A DNA stretch of 64,000 nt from Botryllus schlosseri (lineage: Eukaryota). The stretch is from assembly GCA_051294905.1 (NCBI GenBank), contig CM119374.1, forward strand, positions 1,736,001-1,800,000. Direction: 5' to 3'. Each line of letters opens with the position of its first letter. Position 1 is the stretch's first letter. The translations under genes and the position numbers were made by a program. Positions 40,701 through 50,582 of the stretch are shown piece by piece. Below the pieces are notes generated by a model. That model ran no database searches, was not told the origin of the DNA, and saw only the letters and a program-made list of their open reading frames with translations.

Positions 40701-42379
40701 CCTAAATTAAAGTTTTAAGTTTATTTTTGGATCAATTACCCGACTAAGGACATGGCATGCGGCCTATTTGGTGCGACTCCTATACAAACAATCCTGACTC
40801 ATCACTTCCGATGCGTAAATACGGCCATAATCACTCTAACAGCTTCAAAGTCAAAACGTAATGCATGGGATTATGTATGAGCACCTTGCTCAACACATAA
40901 CTCCGACCTTATTACACCGTCTATATGGGTGGATACATATAATTGCACCTTTTTGCGTGTGCCATCCGGTCCTCTTTCGTTCAACATCCGTCCAGCCACT
41001 GTGGACGTAACCTGTGAGTATGAACAGCTGTATAATGGCGTAGGATGTGTCATGCATCAATATTAATCAGCGCTGCATTTAACTGTCTCTGTTGCCAATC
41101 AGATCGTATCAGCAGTGACATATGCTGTCATAGCCATATCTGAATTATAGAAAGTAGACTAGGGGTCAGCAACTGAAACTCGAATAATACTTTATTGAGG
41201 TATAACTATTTTCCGAATGATGATCTAAGCATTCTATTCAAACCAACGGTAGAATTCAGATAACTGGCAAGATACATGTGAGTATGAGTATAGGTCACAA
41301 TGCACAAATTCGATATCTAATTTAGAAGATCGGATCGTACACCGCAAGGTGGTTGGTTGCGTTATGAATTCAGATCGACATCCTCGACGTTGTTATCATC
41401 ACTATTTCTGTTTTGCAACCACTGAAATGGTGCATCGTATCAACGTGAGACCCGACTGGCAACTAATAGCTCTTCGATGTCACCCTCGTCATCGTTGCTT
41501 TGCTGCATTTGAAGAGTGAAACTGCTTATAAAATTAATAAGCAAGCTCTTGGATAAAGCACTGAATTGTTTATTCAAAATTGTATGATGCTTTCAGTGTT
41601 TTCCTCTACTTTAGAAATCAGCTCATGCTACTTTCATCTTCAATTCTAACAAATTGCGAGCAAAATCTGCATATTAGCAATCCCTATTCGTCCAATGCGC
41701 GTGGATATTTTTTTTTATACATTTCAATGATATAAAGTAACAGTAAAGAGATGTTCCTGTTCAGGTCTTGAGCGCCACCACCATGCGTGTTTTATGTTGA
41801 AAGATTATTGTGCTTGTAAGCTTCCTTGCCACATTCTCTTTCTTGCGTTACCACACGCTGCGTTCAATTCCTCGTTCACCCGTATAACTTCGGGTCGTCT
41901 CTGTTGCCGACATTGTTTGAGCTCGGTTCACTATTTGCCTGAGCTTTTTTAATAACTAGGCATGCAGCGGGAGAACTCATGTAGATCGCGGATAAACCTT
42001 CTATGCGTAGAAATTTGATCGATACGATGGTCGTACCAGATCCCGTTGGTGCCGATGTTCAATGGAACGGTTTAAGCCATTACTTCTTACCTTCATTCCA
42101 TTTTCGAAGACGAGAGAAGCTGGACATAGCCTATGGAGACAGCTTAAAAACTGATTTAATTCACTTTACAAATGACTTTATTTATTTGTATTGGTGCAGT
42201 AGTGTACATTTACCGCGTCACTCAATGATATTAAAACGATTGAATTATGTGTGACATTTATTTACAGGATTTTTCCTACTACTTCTGTACGTATTGAGAA
42301 ATAATGATGCCCGGCAAACTATCCAAAAAGAAATTTTGTCAATTTACGAAAAATTGATAAATATATCTAGTCAAAGCGG
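1556..42379 (+). CDS. Adhesion GPCR gene 1 (5' end outside window), 20 exons: Sushi-Sushi-EGF-cbEGF-EGF-cbEGF-HRM-GAIN/GPS-7TM; GPS exon carries two in-frame stops
   Basis: Manual splicing: all exons have AG/GT boundaries and intron phases chain consistently. Translation gives CCP, EGF, HRM (RFCELDGTW), GAIN, GPS (C-x-F-*...W...GC...C-x-C-x-H-*-T-N-F) and secretin-like 7TM motifs (IVGCSIS, LNLSLA, WMNCEA, GW-x-x-P, CWI, LGLTWIFG, NSLQGFF). The terminal exon is not resolved. Confidence 0.93.
1848..3830 (-). mobile_element. Decayed non-LTR retrotransposon 3' fragment (RNase H-bearing, I-clade-like LINE), interrupted by a hAT element
   Basis: RNase H motifs DCLSAI...WIPGH...GNEKADELA (ORF 3205-3732). 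On the other side of the hAT it continues as RR...FRLQIGH..LQAHLFKFG...C...HYLLTC..Y (degenerate CCHC) with stops. Ends in a (CAA/TAA)-rich tail near 1848-1875. Clade assignment from motif memory. Confidence 0.85.
2306..3365 (+). mobile_element. Non-autonomous hAT (Buster/Charlie) deletion derivative with transposase C-terminal remnant
   Basis: TIRs caggggtcaccaacc / ggttggtgacccctg; TSD ccttatat / ccatatat. About 2960-3202 reads YGSTYRCESAFS..NFIKNKHKTRL...HLEHSLRIAVS*..P....Q.SH* (hAT dimerisation domain). Confidence 0.9.
4540..7838 (+). pseudogene. Possible decayed multi-exon gene nested in the Sushi1-Sushi2 intron
   Basis: Exon-like blocks with canonical splice sites (4540-4689, 5171-5305, 5853-5976, 6538-6604, 6667-6885, 7688-7838), most with 1-3 in-frame stops; family not recognised. 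Confidence 0.4.
6975..7544. mobile_element. MITE with GACTCGAGTC/AAGTC subterminal repeat arrays
   Basis: Many copies of the palindrome gactcgagtc, ending in cagcacaaccctg; left end decayed. Confidence 0.65.
8303..9565. mobile_element. hAT MITE
   Basis: TIRs caggggttgtcaac / gttgagaacccctg; perfect 8-bp TSD gtctaatc; homologous inverted copy at 53273. Confidence 0.92.
10439..10522 (+). repeat. Perfect 42-bp tandem duplication
   Basis: gcatatgtgcctgttaattgggttgtgaatatgcattttgat x2. Confidence 0.95.
11486..11698 (+). CDS. Gene 1 exon: second Sushi/CCP domain
   Basis: tatag acceptor, gtaaga donor, phase 1-1, 213 nt; VKCRSVPRLQNG...CQITCNDGYTVSGIARATCVDLNVADDTNTDGEWYYGNTAC. Confidence 0.92.
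14715..16325 (+). mobile_element. hAT-Buster deletion derivative
   Basis: TIRs cagtggttctcaacc / ggttgagaaccactg; perfect TSD ctctaggc; remnant ELKTMPMSNDTICRRICDMS near 16020-16090, resembling the Buster/ZBED5 P-L-S-N-x-T-x-x-R-R-I motif. Confidence 0.9.
16334..16492 (-). mobile_element. tRNA-derived SINE
   Basis: Minus strand has a Pol III A box TAGCGCAGTGG and B box GGTTCGAGTTC at tRNA-like spacing, an imperfect cloverleaf, and an unrelated GC-rich body. Confidence 0.55.
16835..17646. mobile_element. hAT MITE
   Basis: Starts cagggacgggcaacctgcggcc; right TIR decayed; perfect 8-bp TSD tattagat. Confidence 0.75.
18061..20760 (-). mobile_element. Decayed CMC/Chapaev3-like DNA transposon, split by a hAT MITE
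   Basis: Minus-strand remnants: YSPVSIGHSTKIKEQY (about 20340-20400), LSNEKLASGIFDRFQIR, NMAIKVYFLFSHLD, ERRFHQDI...RY*GRW...MADHCWNL (18640-19080). Superfamily call from motif recall; ends approximate. Confidence 0.7.
19090..20332. mobile_element. hAT MITE with AAGTA/TACTT subterminal repeats
   Basis: TIRs cagaggtggtca / tgaccacctctg; TSD aaaatttt / caaatttt; interrupts the Chapaev3-like frame. Confidence 0.88.
20860..20958 (+). CDS. Gene 1 exon: EGF-like domain
   Basis: gacag acceptor, gtaagt donor, phase 1-1; CPTCTNNSECLDFRCQCKGGYEGINGEESNCV. Confidence 0.85.
21122..21250 (+). CDS. Gene 1 exon: calcium-binding EGF domain
   Basis: DIDECLDNKTCASTRQLCENVPGTYQCTCNEGYVPSENGEDCI; phase 1-1; followed by a 63-bp intron. 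Confidence 0.92.
   Translation: MLTNAWTTRLALRQDNYVKTYLGLINAPAMKATCHPKTEKIA
21314..21427 (+). CDS. Gene 1 exon: EGF-like domain
   Basis: NLCESSDCGANAACYVDSTNDCSCFVGFVGDPGVACF; tttag acceptor, gtgatt donor, phase 1-1. Confidence 0.9.
22975..23103 (+). CDS. Gene 1 exon: calcium-binding EGF domain
   Basis: DVDECEAGTFSCPDGEICRNTIGSYYCECIVGYTWSESDVCIP; caag acceptor, gtgagt donor, phase 1-1. Confidence 0.93.
24155..24334 (+). CDS. Gene 1 exon: N-terminal half of HRM-like domain
   Basis: FEQSIAVTCPSVVIQCSSLDFLYELCESAMDQVTNITFPPAWAGYSVTSETTCGESTTN; gcag acceptor, gtgaga donor, phase 1-1. Confidence 0.82.
24608..25550. mobile_element. Diverged copy of the CCGACTCC-repeat MITE (family of 46290-47442)
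   Basis: Collinear similarity by eye to 46340-47200 (ccgactcc repeats; gtattaccaatt..aaaattatatgcc; ctacatgcacttagtcaagtattc; tttgttcgac.caggcagct). Confidence 0.8.
26166..26624. mobile_element. hAT MITE, GACTCGAGTC family
   Basis: cggtgttgggatcaagtc ... tagcactg; TSD ggccacac / gtccacac; internal sequence matches 40070-40369. Confidence 0.85.
27165..27315 (-). mobile_element. Partial inverted copy of the GACTCGAGTC-family MITE
   Basis: Reverse complement of the family left end (cagtgttgcgatcaagtcactacc...). Confidence 0.7.
27461..27549 (+). CDS. Gene 1 exon: C-terminal half of HRM-like domain
   Basis: VNTPLGSRFCELDGTWSTVTWLMSCGTGLS (R-x-C-x-x-x-G-x-W...C); tttcag acceptor, gtaaga donor, phase 1-0. 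Confidence 0.87.
28417..28581 (+). CDS. Gene 1 exon: GAIN subdomain A start
   Basis: DVAGQTIETEEQRQQVSASLQILTADPEKVKSDDVVLTSVAINSVISSADIITET; gtgagt donor, phase 0-0. Confidence 0.87.
29482..29558 (+). CDS. Gene 1 exon: GAIN subdomain A
   Basis: TATSVISTISNLMESPELGKSGQSA; tttcag acceptor, gtaaga donor, phase 0-2. Confidence 0.82.
29619..29719 (+). CDS. Gene 1 exon: GAIN domain
   Basis: ELLAQLDRVAYLVALNDSGVYKAVSNNVSMLITS; after a 60-bp intron; gtgagt donor, phase 2-1. Confidence 0.82.
30665..30841 (+). CDS. Gene 1 exon: GAIN domain
   Basis: GKGLEGGIGMAVLVRPNSNKIGFRSDQLLLTDSPEEAGSVINGERIEASIYVPEVASPN; phase 1-1. Confidence 0.8.
31148..31329 (+). CDS. Gene 1 exon: GAIN subdomain B
   Basis: SKVTFNVIRNTNLFRKSNSAQSLPTSDGRRKHNVPTVVISATVENRIISNLPADQLLTYS; tttcag acceptor, gtatgt donor, phase 1-0. 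Confidence 0.87.
33683..33841 (+). pseudogene. Gene 1 GPS-motif exon with two nonsense codons (TAG 33731-33733, TAA 33818-33820)
   Basis: LSTQYDNTTQDPACVF*KESSRTWSDKGCTVTGSSSDSLTCSCDH*TNFTALL; intact ccag acceptor and gtgaga donor; phase 0-0, 159 nt. Confidence 0.92.
36374..36486 (+). CDS. Gene 1 exon: TM1
   Basis: RPHKDISQSSGLHIVTIVGCSISMFALLLLMLFFLCVP; tacag acceptor, gtaagt donor, phase 0-2. Confidence 0.9.
37363..37603 (+). CDS. Gene 1 exon: ICL1, TM2, TM3
   Basis: NTRTGRKFQGAFLLLNLSLALLL...SYSCRTIAVILHFCLLASCAWMNCEAVMLFLAVVK; gtaagt donor, phase 2-0. Confidence 0.93.
38121..38272 (+). CDS. Gene 1 exon: TM4
   Basis: PMYTRTSLKDAQVILASVSWGWIMPAIFVGIVALVDNNVYEYPYEHGFIVT; gtgagt donor, phase 0-2. 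Confidence 0.9.
38336..38462 (+). CDS. Gene 1 exon: ECL2 and TM5
   Basis: CWIDPEYILYLAVIPTVVMITINMIVYGILTYQLCLKRSAVS; after a 63-bp intron; phase 2-0. Confidence 0.9.
39117..39291 (+). CDS. Gene 1 exon: ICL3, TM6, start of TM7
   Basis: GKSRINSKESYQRKLGINFNIFVMLGLTWIFGFFLPGVEDESAALVFAYIFAILNSLQG; phase 0-1. Confidence 0.93.
39485..40369. mobile_element. hAT MITE, GACTCGAGTC family
   Basis: TIRs cagtgttgg / ccaacactg; perfect TSD ctgctcag; aagtc and gactcgagtc arrays at both ends. Confidence 0.93.
42268..42379 (+). CDS. Gene 1 exon: end of TM7 and helix 8
   Basis: GFFLLLLYVLRNNDARQTIQKEILSIYEKLINISSQSG; tacag acceptor, gtgaga donor, phase 1-2. Confidence 0.87.
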
Positions 42380-45300
42380 GTGAGATTTTCAAAATGATTT
42401 ATATTTAGTAGTCTGTTGCCCCAGAGTTTCCGTTTACATCGTTTTACTGATTATCACAACAAACATTAAGTTCGTATTACAATATGACCATATTGTTATT
42501 ACCCGTATGGAAGTTTGCTTAGCAATAGGCTATATCCTTAATTACGTATATTCTGTAATAAACTTGCTGGCATCAATTTAGTGCCTTTCAGCCTTCACCC
42601 ACTGTATTATCACGATTAAAGCGAATACTAAATTTCATTGACGCACCCGACTTGGTATACTTAAAGAACCTTTTTCGATTATACTCTAGCTAGCGTGACC
42701 GATTGAAATGACGAACTGAATCCCTGCTCCAATTTGCCCGTCTGTACGTCATTGACATTGACTTCGATCTACCATTGCTATTGATTCAGGATGGTGTAAA
42801 AATTTTATGAATCAAACTTCTACGTTGTGCACGAATTTGACTTCATATAAGGAACCGACAAGAAGAGATTTTGTCGTTTGAATACGTGAATTAAATTCTG
42901 GTCGTGCCTGGTAGGGTCGCGGGTAGGAAAAATTAAATTTTGCATACCGGGATACATATGCTCAACTATACAGAATACAATATAATAATAAGTTAACTAT
43001 AATTTCTTGTGACCTAATTTGTCAAATCAATTATAGCTGTGGAATAAATGAATAATTGTCCTTTCAACAACGTATCATGTTTATATGAAACTACATCGTT
43101 CGTGAGATTTCAGTCCAGTTATGAAATATTTTGAAAATTCGCCAATATGATTCTGAAATTTTCCTTGTTACAATTTGACTCGAAGCTCTTTTTATAGGTT
43201 CAAAAGTGCAAATCTATCTGCTGTGTTTGGAAATTCATCGTCACATTCGTTCACTCAGAAAAGTCTGCACAATGGTGACGTATCGAGCATTGTGGCAGAC
43301 ACGCGGACAATAGGAACTTACCAAGTTTAACCCACTCCCAATCAGAATGTATTATTGTGTAATTCAATTCCACCTCGATAATTGCTCTTTTGAACAAATG
43401 TTTGTGCTTTTTTGTTCACATATTCGTAGCGCCAATTTTAGTTAATAAACTATATGCCTTTGCACAGTGGTGGTAAGTGTTGGGTGACAGAATCGCAATC
43501 ATTTCAACTCATGCCGAGTAGATAAAACGCGGCTAGACCTTGTTTTGTCCCGCCATAAGTATCGCACGCATCACGCATGCATCGCTTGCGCACTTTGACT
43601 CAATTTGACTTCAATTCTGATTCGACGAAGTCATTCTAGTTTGCAACTTTGGTCGCCAAATTTGAAGTATTTTCATTCATTGAACTTGTGATCGCTGGTT
43701 GGAAGTCAAATAGAACGAGGTTTCATTTATAGGATTAGATCTGAAACAATATCTCACTAGTTAAAATGGGGGAGAATTTATCTGACTCGTAGTCCTATTG
43801 TATAGTCGTCGGCACAGGTAGCATGCAACGTGTTTAATGTCGAAATACAAACAAGTTGCCTACACCTACATTTATAGACTATAAATAGAACACGTTCTTG
43901 GAATGATATTAGGAAATCCCTATTAGCGGCTGTGTGTCCTAGAAATAGAATTAACGTCCGCAGATATACTCATTCTCCAAAACATGTGAATCCGACTTTG
44001 GATAGCAAAGTAGTGGCATCTCTTCCGATTACCTAATCTCGCAACCGTCGCAAGTAACGATTGCCAGCATTTTACGTATAGGTCAAGTAGATAAATGTCC
44101 TCAATTTAACTTCATAAAATCGCCATATACAATTCGATTAACAATGCCGGCTTGCTTGGTATCGTTGGAGGTACTGCGTCATTTTTCGTTCCAATCTTCT
44201 GTGATTTTGTCATAAAGATAACCGTCGGTTCCACTTGAGTAAAATAATGGCTCATTGATGATAAATTTGCTTATTATGCCAAGTGGACTCTATACTGATC
44301 TACAGAAGATGCATATAGCCTATATTGAACAATATCAGGGTCCGTTCTAAAATTTTCGAATGATAGGAAATTAAATGATATGTCCTTTAGACATCAAGAT
44401 GAATCCAGTGATCAAGTTTGACACCGCTGCAAGTCGAGGGAGATCTGCAAATTAGAGGCCAAGTCGTGTAATAAATGAATCACTTGAAATTTATTTCACA
44501 CTGTTTTACTTCGACGTAACCAAATTGGCAGCAATTTCTTTGTATTTACGGTGTTTCGACTACCATAGTAATTTACCCTAGGCCGATATTCTTACTGTGA
44601 TTCCTGATTTGCGGACTTACGGCACCGTCCAGTTTGGATTCGGCCATTTGTGTGACAGCACTCTCGCCGATCACATGATGATCGTCAGTCGCTGTTGATC
44701 TTACGATAAATCAGCATTGAATAAATATTTATGAACATGGCTGGTTAAGTTTTTTATGAGAATTGCAACTATCACGTTGCATGAAGAATGAATGAGTGGC
44801 AATCTCACTGGACATGTATGAAGTTAACAGAATGATGTAGAACTCGTAGAAGAATATATTTTTGTAGATGTAGGATAATATGTAGGAAAAATTGTGCTGA
44901 ATAAGTTTTTAATAGGCAGGCCGGCAATCGAGTTACTCCTAGAAGTTCAATTTTTTTTCAAATGTTATGCGATGGATCTGAAGTTATGCGAAGTTTGGAC
45001 GTGGTGACAATTGGGTGTTGCAGACTCAGTTGGGACGTGCTATTTGCACTTCCTGAGACAGTAGCGAATATTCATGGCGACTGAATTTCGTTTGATTTTG
45101 AAGCCTCTTAGCAATCGATGATGAAATGTTCGTCTGTAGTACAGTTAGATATGAGCTTAGATGAATATATGTATACTAGGTTTGGCAGACTTTATATTTT
45201 ATCATGCGAAATTTACTTTTCGAAATCAATCGATCAATATCGTCATGTTCCTAAATCATTTGATGTATTTGGTATAGTCAGTAACCTTATACCATATGCG

Positions 45301-46289
45301 TTATTGAAACGTGTAGGATTGTTGCTGAATATGATTTCTTGTGACTTTCACACGTATAATTGTTTTCGTCGTCAAAGATTCTGACGTATGTTTCTATCCT
45401 GCTGTTTGATTCGTCGCGAAAAGAAAATACAGAAAATTAAGTGACTGTTACAGCTAGATGAATAAAATTGAAGACCATACCATTTAGACATCAAACTGGA
45501 AAGAACATAATTTTAATATTTTTCCGATTTTAAATATCTGCCTCGCATAGTATTGAAGAGATTGGACCTGCATTACTTAGAATTAGAGTTGTATTCGAAT
45601 TGAAATCACTCTACCTCATCCATTTGAAAGGGGTTTTCCGCAATAAATTTACTTAATGACAAACTTACAGCCCAGTGAATAAAATTACTATATCTTCCGA
45701 TAATATCTCCCCAACGCCAATATTTGATTAAAGATATACGACTTTAACGAGCTAGTTCCACGTACAATATGTTTGCTATTCGAATTGATTTGTTCAACCA
45801 GGTCGTAATTCGGATGCAAACGACATTCATTGTCTGATACCTATGTAATAACCAGTCCGTCGAAATGTGAGCATGGTACAATGGGCCATGCATGTACTTC
45901 GACATGTGGGTTGAATTTCGAGATATGGTAGAGTTAGGGCTTGATTTTTGGGTTTAAGTAAGTATATAACGTGGGCTAAATATGACGATTAGTACGAGCA
46001 TTATTGTTAATTTTGAGGTTCTTAGGTCACTTGCTTGGGCATAGGCTCTTACATATTTTAAAGCGCGACCCATATCAGATTTTAGTGGCATATCGCGACC
46101 CAAGCCCCACTCATCGAAAATAATGCTATTTAATATTAGTTTATGCTTCGAATTCTCTATGTGGTTCGCTTTTACGCCAATTACCCAACACAGCGACCGA
46201 CGCCAAAAATCCAAATCAGCCACGGGAAATCGCGCATGCGCGAAGAAATATTTTTGATGCAAGAAATTTAAAAAATACTACATACATAT

Positions 46290-47442
46290 CAGGGCTTTGG
46301 AGTCGGTAAATTTTACCACCGACTCCAACTTCGACTCCAGACATATTCATTGTAGCGATTCCAACTCCGACTCTTGAGTCTTTAACCGTACCGACTCCGT
46401 TCCGGCTCCGAATCCGTCTCCAGTATTACCAATTTATACGAAAATTATATGCCATAGTGATGGTTAAATAACTATCATAAAACCATTAAACATATGCACA
46501 CATATGATATACGACGGACGGTGTGCAAAATTGATTCATTGTGGCACAGCTCGAATTAATCACTATGCAATTAACACGGAAGAATGCATTTCTGAATATC
46601 CTTACTTTTTCATATTTTAAACAGTGTTATAACATGGAGTCTCTAACATCCTAATATGTATGAATCATTCGAACATGACGTAAATCACATTCTGTGTAAT
46701 TAAATTGTAGATAAAACAATTGAAGTGTAGGTCTTGTGTATGAGTCACCAACTAATACAGAGATTTAATTTTGTAATTCTCTCATACAAACTATACTGAT
46801 TGCAAGCACACACACTCTCACTACCAATAAACATTGGTCAGAAACGAAGTATAGGAAGTAGTCAATTAGCATATGTCTAGTCTACATGCACTTAGTCAAG
46901 TATTCAAGGAATAGGACTTGCAGTATTTCTTAATCATTTGTTCGACCCAGGCAGCTGAGCTGCACTACAAATATTTTTAAAATTTTGTCAAGTGGGAAGC
47001 AGCGTGTGGTTATATTTACATCAATTTCACAAAACCATACGATATATTTACTCTGTCACAGTATCATGGTATAATTCTAAAAATTGCATCAATTTATCAC
47101 TGCATCGCGAAGATGCATTTTGCAATTCTCTTCCTCTATGGAAATGGATTGCAATTTGCAAATATTTTCCAATTTTATCACAATCGTTACTAATAACATT
47201 AATTGATGGTACATAAAAATCATATTTAATTATTATTAGTAATTTAATGATACCTTTAGCGCAATTGTTTTCATATTAAAGAAGTTGGAGTCGGAACCAG
47301 GGTCATTTTCACTAACTCCGACCACAGGCATTATGGTTTTCACGACTTCAACTCCGACTCCAAGGCGAGCTAAAATTTCATTAGACTCCGACTACATTAA
47401 GCCAAAAATCAGCCAAAAACCGACTCCGACTCCACAGCCCTG
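46290..47442. mobile_element. hAT MITE, CCGACTCC family
   Basis: TIRs cagggct..ggagtcgg / ccgactccacagccctg; perfect TSD atacatat. Confidence 0.93.
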
Positions 47443-47635
47443 ATACATATGAAGCGATCGCTCTGGTACCGTGGCGCCGCACACTTTACGAATCTCTTTG
47501 GTAAAGTATCGCATGTAGAACTGTAGTTTTTAATTGTGTCGCATGCTCAAATATCCGTAAATGGGAATAATCGTTTCTGTTTCGAGCATGTTCCAAGATG
47601 GTGTTTGCGACGTTCTACAACCTCTACATTATTAT

Positions 47636-48161
47636 TAGGGCTGGGCACAATGATTCGAGTACTCGAATCTGAATCGAGTATTAATTTTAATGATTCGAGT
47701 CGAGTAGTAAAATACGATTTTTTCGAGTACTGAAATTCTACGCTCCTCACCACTGAAAATTGATAACGAGGAGTTTATCAACTATATCAACGAGTTTATA
47801 CTAATTTCACTGTTGAAGCCTTGAAACCTTGATTGGCCGTATCGTAGCATACGAAACATGAAGTAGAAAGCTACGAAGGTTACTGGAAATAGCACATTTC
47901 CGAAGTCATGATCATCCCACAATATTGTCACCAAGTGCAATGAGATCGGTATGGTCGAAAAAAATAACAAAGTATCCTTAATATGATGGATAACAGGCAT
48001 TATATTCTTTGTGGTCACTTAAAAGGTACATATTTGAACTTTGAAAAATAATATTCTGCTATGGCGTCATAATGAGTGATACTCGATTACTCGACTCGAC
48101 TCGAAGCATTTTACTTGATTCAGAATCGAATCACTCAGGTACTCGATTTTGCCCAGCCCTA
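47636..48161. mobile_element. hAT MITE, ACTCGA/TCGAGT family
   Basis: TIRs tagggctgggca / tgcccagcccta; perfect TSD attattat. Confidence 0.92.
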
Positions 48162-48763
48162 ATTATTATATGGTAGTATGGTGACGTAATAGCTCTAGAT
48201 TAGCCTAGACCAGGGGTCACCAACACGTCGCCCGCAACATGATTTGGAATTTCGACAGATCTCTTAGTAGAGCATTTTGAGATGTTGATATTGATTTCAG
48301 TTAAAACATATTGTTCGTGTTTTTCACGTTAAACTATTCTCCTGTGCCCAACATCACTACTGCTCACTAGCTGGTACGGCTTCAGCGATGGTAACAGCAT
48401 TCCGCGAAGAACGGGTTAGCTGATATGAATGGTTTATTTGTCTCGACGTACAGTGGCCCAGACACTGCCAAGACCGAGATGCTTTGAAAATGATTTGAGG
48501 CTTTCCACAAGATCAAGCTTTACGAGGAGATCAGTTTCCAGCAAACACCGTGTCCAGCTAACCCAAATATCAATTATTAGCCTCCGAAAAGTGTTCGTAG
48601 GTAATGTGCGTAGCTTATAGTTCAAAATAAAATGGAAATCATATCGCTTTTGTAGTAACTATGCCCGTCGCCCATGTTAGAGAGCACAGCGTTGTTCTGA
48701 CGTAAAGTAGTAAAAACGTGATTAGTAATACACGCGATTCATTGCTATGACACATATTCGCAC

Positions 48764-49987
48764 TAGGGTTGTATTATCCGGATAACGGTTAACCGGTTAA
48801 CCGCAGGATTTTTTATTATCCGATATCCGGATATAAATCTGCCGGTTAACCGGATAAAATAGTATCGGTAATAATGCGTTTTACACTTTTAGGAAGCTTC
48901 AATAAGTCGTATTATCAGTGTTGCTCTCGGCCAATTAGCGAGAACCGTGTCGCCAATTAGCGAGATACGTCAATGCAGTGTGTAACGCGACGCAATCTCC
49001 GGCTGTGAAGATCGCCAAATTAGGTCATTGATTGTCGCGACCTCGGCTATCGTTGCTGGTCTGCTTTTTCGAGTCTTCAACAAGCCTATAGTTCCACTGG
49101 CAGAATCACATCTGCAGTAGGCTCTGTGGACTTTCTACCATCACTTGCCTACATATTCATGCCTGCATTGGCTCGGTGCTCACGATATTATCGCTGGCCT
49201 ACACAATCGCATCTGCAATAGGCATGGTACGAACGATATCATATCATCGCTGGCGTAACCATCGAGTCTCGGGCCTGGCATGCGTTGGCTCCTATCTCTT
49301 GGTGACTTGGAGACAATAAGCCGGTAAGACAATTATGATCAGCGATTGTGATTAATGAGTGACATCGCGTAACTTAATGACATCGAATGTTCGCATTTCG
49401 CAAACATGTTCGTGCGTGCCAGCGTAATTAATTTCCACTGATACTAAATTCGAAAAAAATACCCCCTCGTTTTATTTAAAACACCCCCCCTTTTTTCCGC
49501 TGGCTACGGGCCTGATCATGTGAATTTCCCATGGAGGAATTAGATCGAGCTATCATGTCGGCCTCAATTCCAGTATCAACTATACTCGTCCTTACAGTAC
49601 TGGACACCTAAACAGAAGAATGGGCAAAAAGGAAGCGCTGCTTACTATATTCAGCCCATTTTGTGGAAGCAGAAAGGGCATTTAATAAGTGTGGACTCAT
49701 TGTTACAAAACTCCAGTTCCGGCTACAGGATGCCACTATTGATGCAGTGTACATTTACTTTATAAGGACGGAATTGCAGAAGTAGTGAACATTAAATTTG
49801 CGTGATTTTTCTCGTATTCGCTCGTACTGCACGTGTACATATAAATCTACAATAACACTGCGTAATGATTTTGCGATTCATTTTTCATGCAGACCTCGTG
49901 AAATCGATTATCTCACTTAGCATTCATTATCCGGTTAACCGGTTAGTTAAATTCCGAATATCCGGATATATCCGTTATCCGGATAGT
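48764..49987. mobile_element. Probable hAT MITE, CCGGTTAACCGG/ATCCGGAT family
   Basis: Starts tagggttg; palindromic ccggttaaccgg and atccggat arrays at both ends; right TIR and TSD not found. Confidence 0.6.
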
Positions 49988-50521
49988 GAAAATTATTGAT
50001 ATTTATTGAAGGGAGAGTTTTAAGGTTTGGATTGAGGGGTTTTCGGTTTAGGGTAATTCGGCTCGGGGAACGAACAAAAAAGGTTGGGTACCACGGGTGT
50101 ATGGTATTCGTCTCGTGACACTGTACGAAATGGCGTATACAAACAATCACGTACGCGAATTTCATCCATATACTCAACAGTATGGTAACATGACCAGTCC
50201 GTGATTAGTAAGACCCAACACACGACGCTACGCATTGTCATACGAGAAACCTTCATAATTATGTTTTCGCCATGCCATATGTAATTTATGATATATTTTC
50301 AAAACCGTACACGTACGATGTATGTTCATAAGATGGAGAAAATCATTTCACAGTTTTGACCCCACCAATTCAATTTGACGGTTGTGCTCTCTTGACATTC
50401 TAGTACACATAAAACCTATCGTATTTTTACAGCAACTAACTATCAGTGATACAAGACATACGAGCGATAATTTAGTAAATCCGTGTTTTACACGTCTCTT
50501 AAAAAAATTGCATAGGATGAG

Positions 50522-50582
50522 ATGAAAACTATATGCTTCTTTATTGCTACACTAGTTTTCGCGAAGAAAGCCTTTTCAGTAT
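50522..50582 (+). CDS. Gene 2 exon: start codon and signal peptide
   Basis: MKTICFFIATLVFAKKAFSV: basic N-region, hydrophobic core, AFS cleavage-like motif; gtgagt donor, phase 1. Confidence 0.78.
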
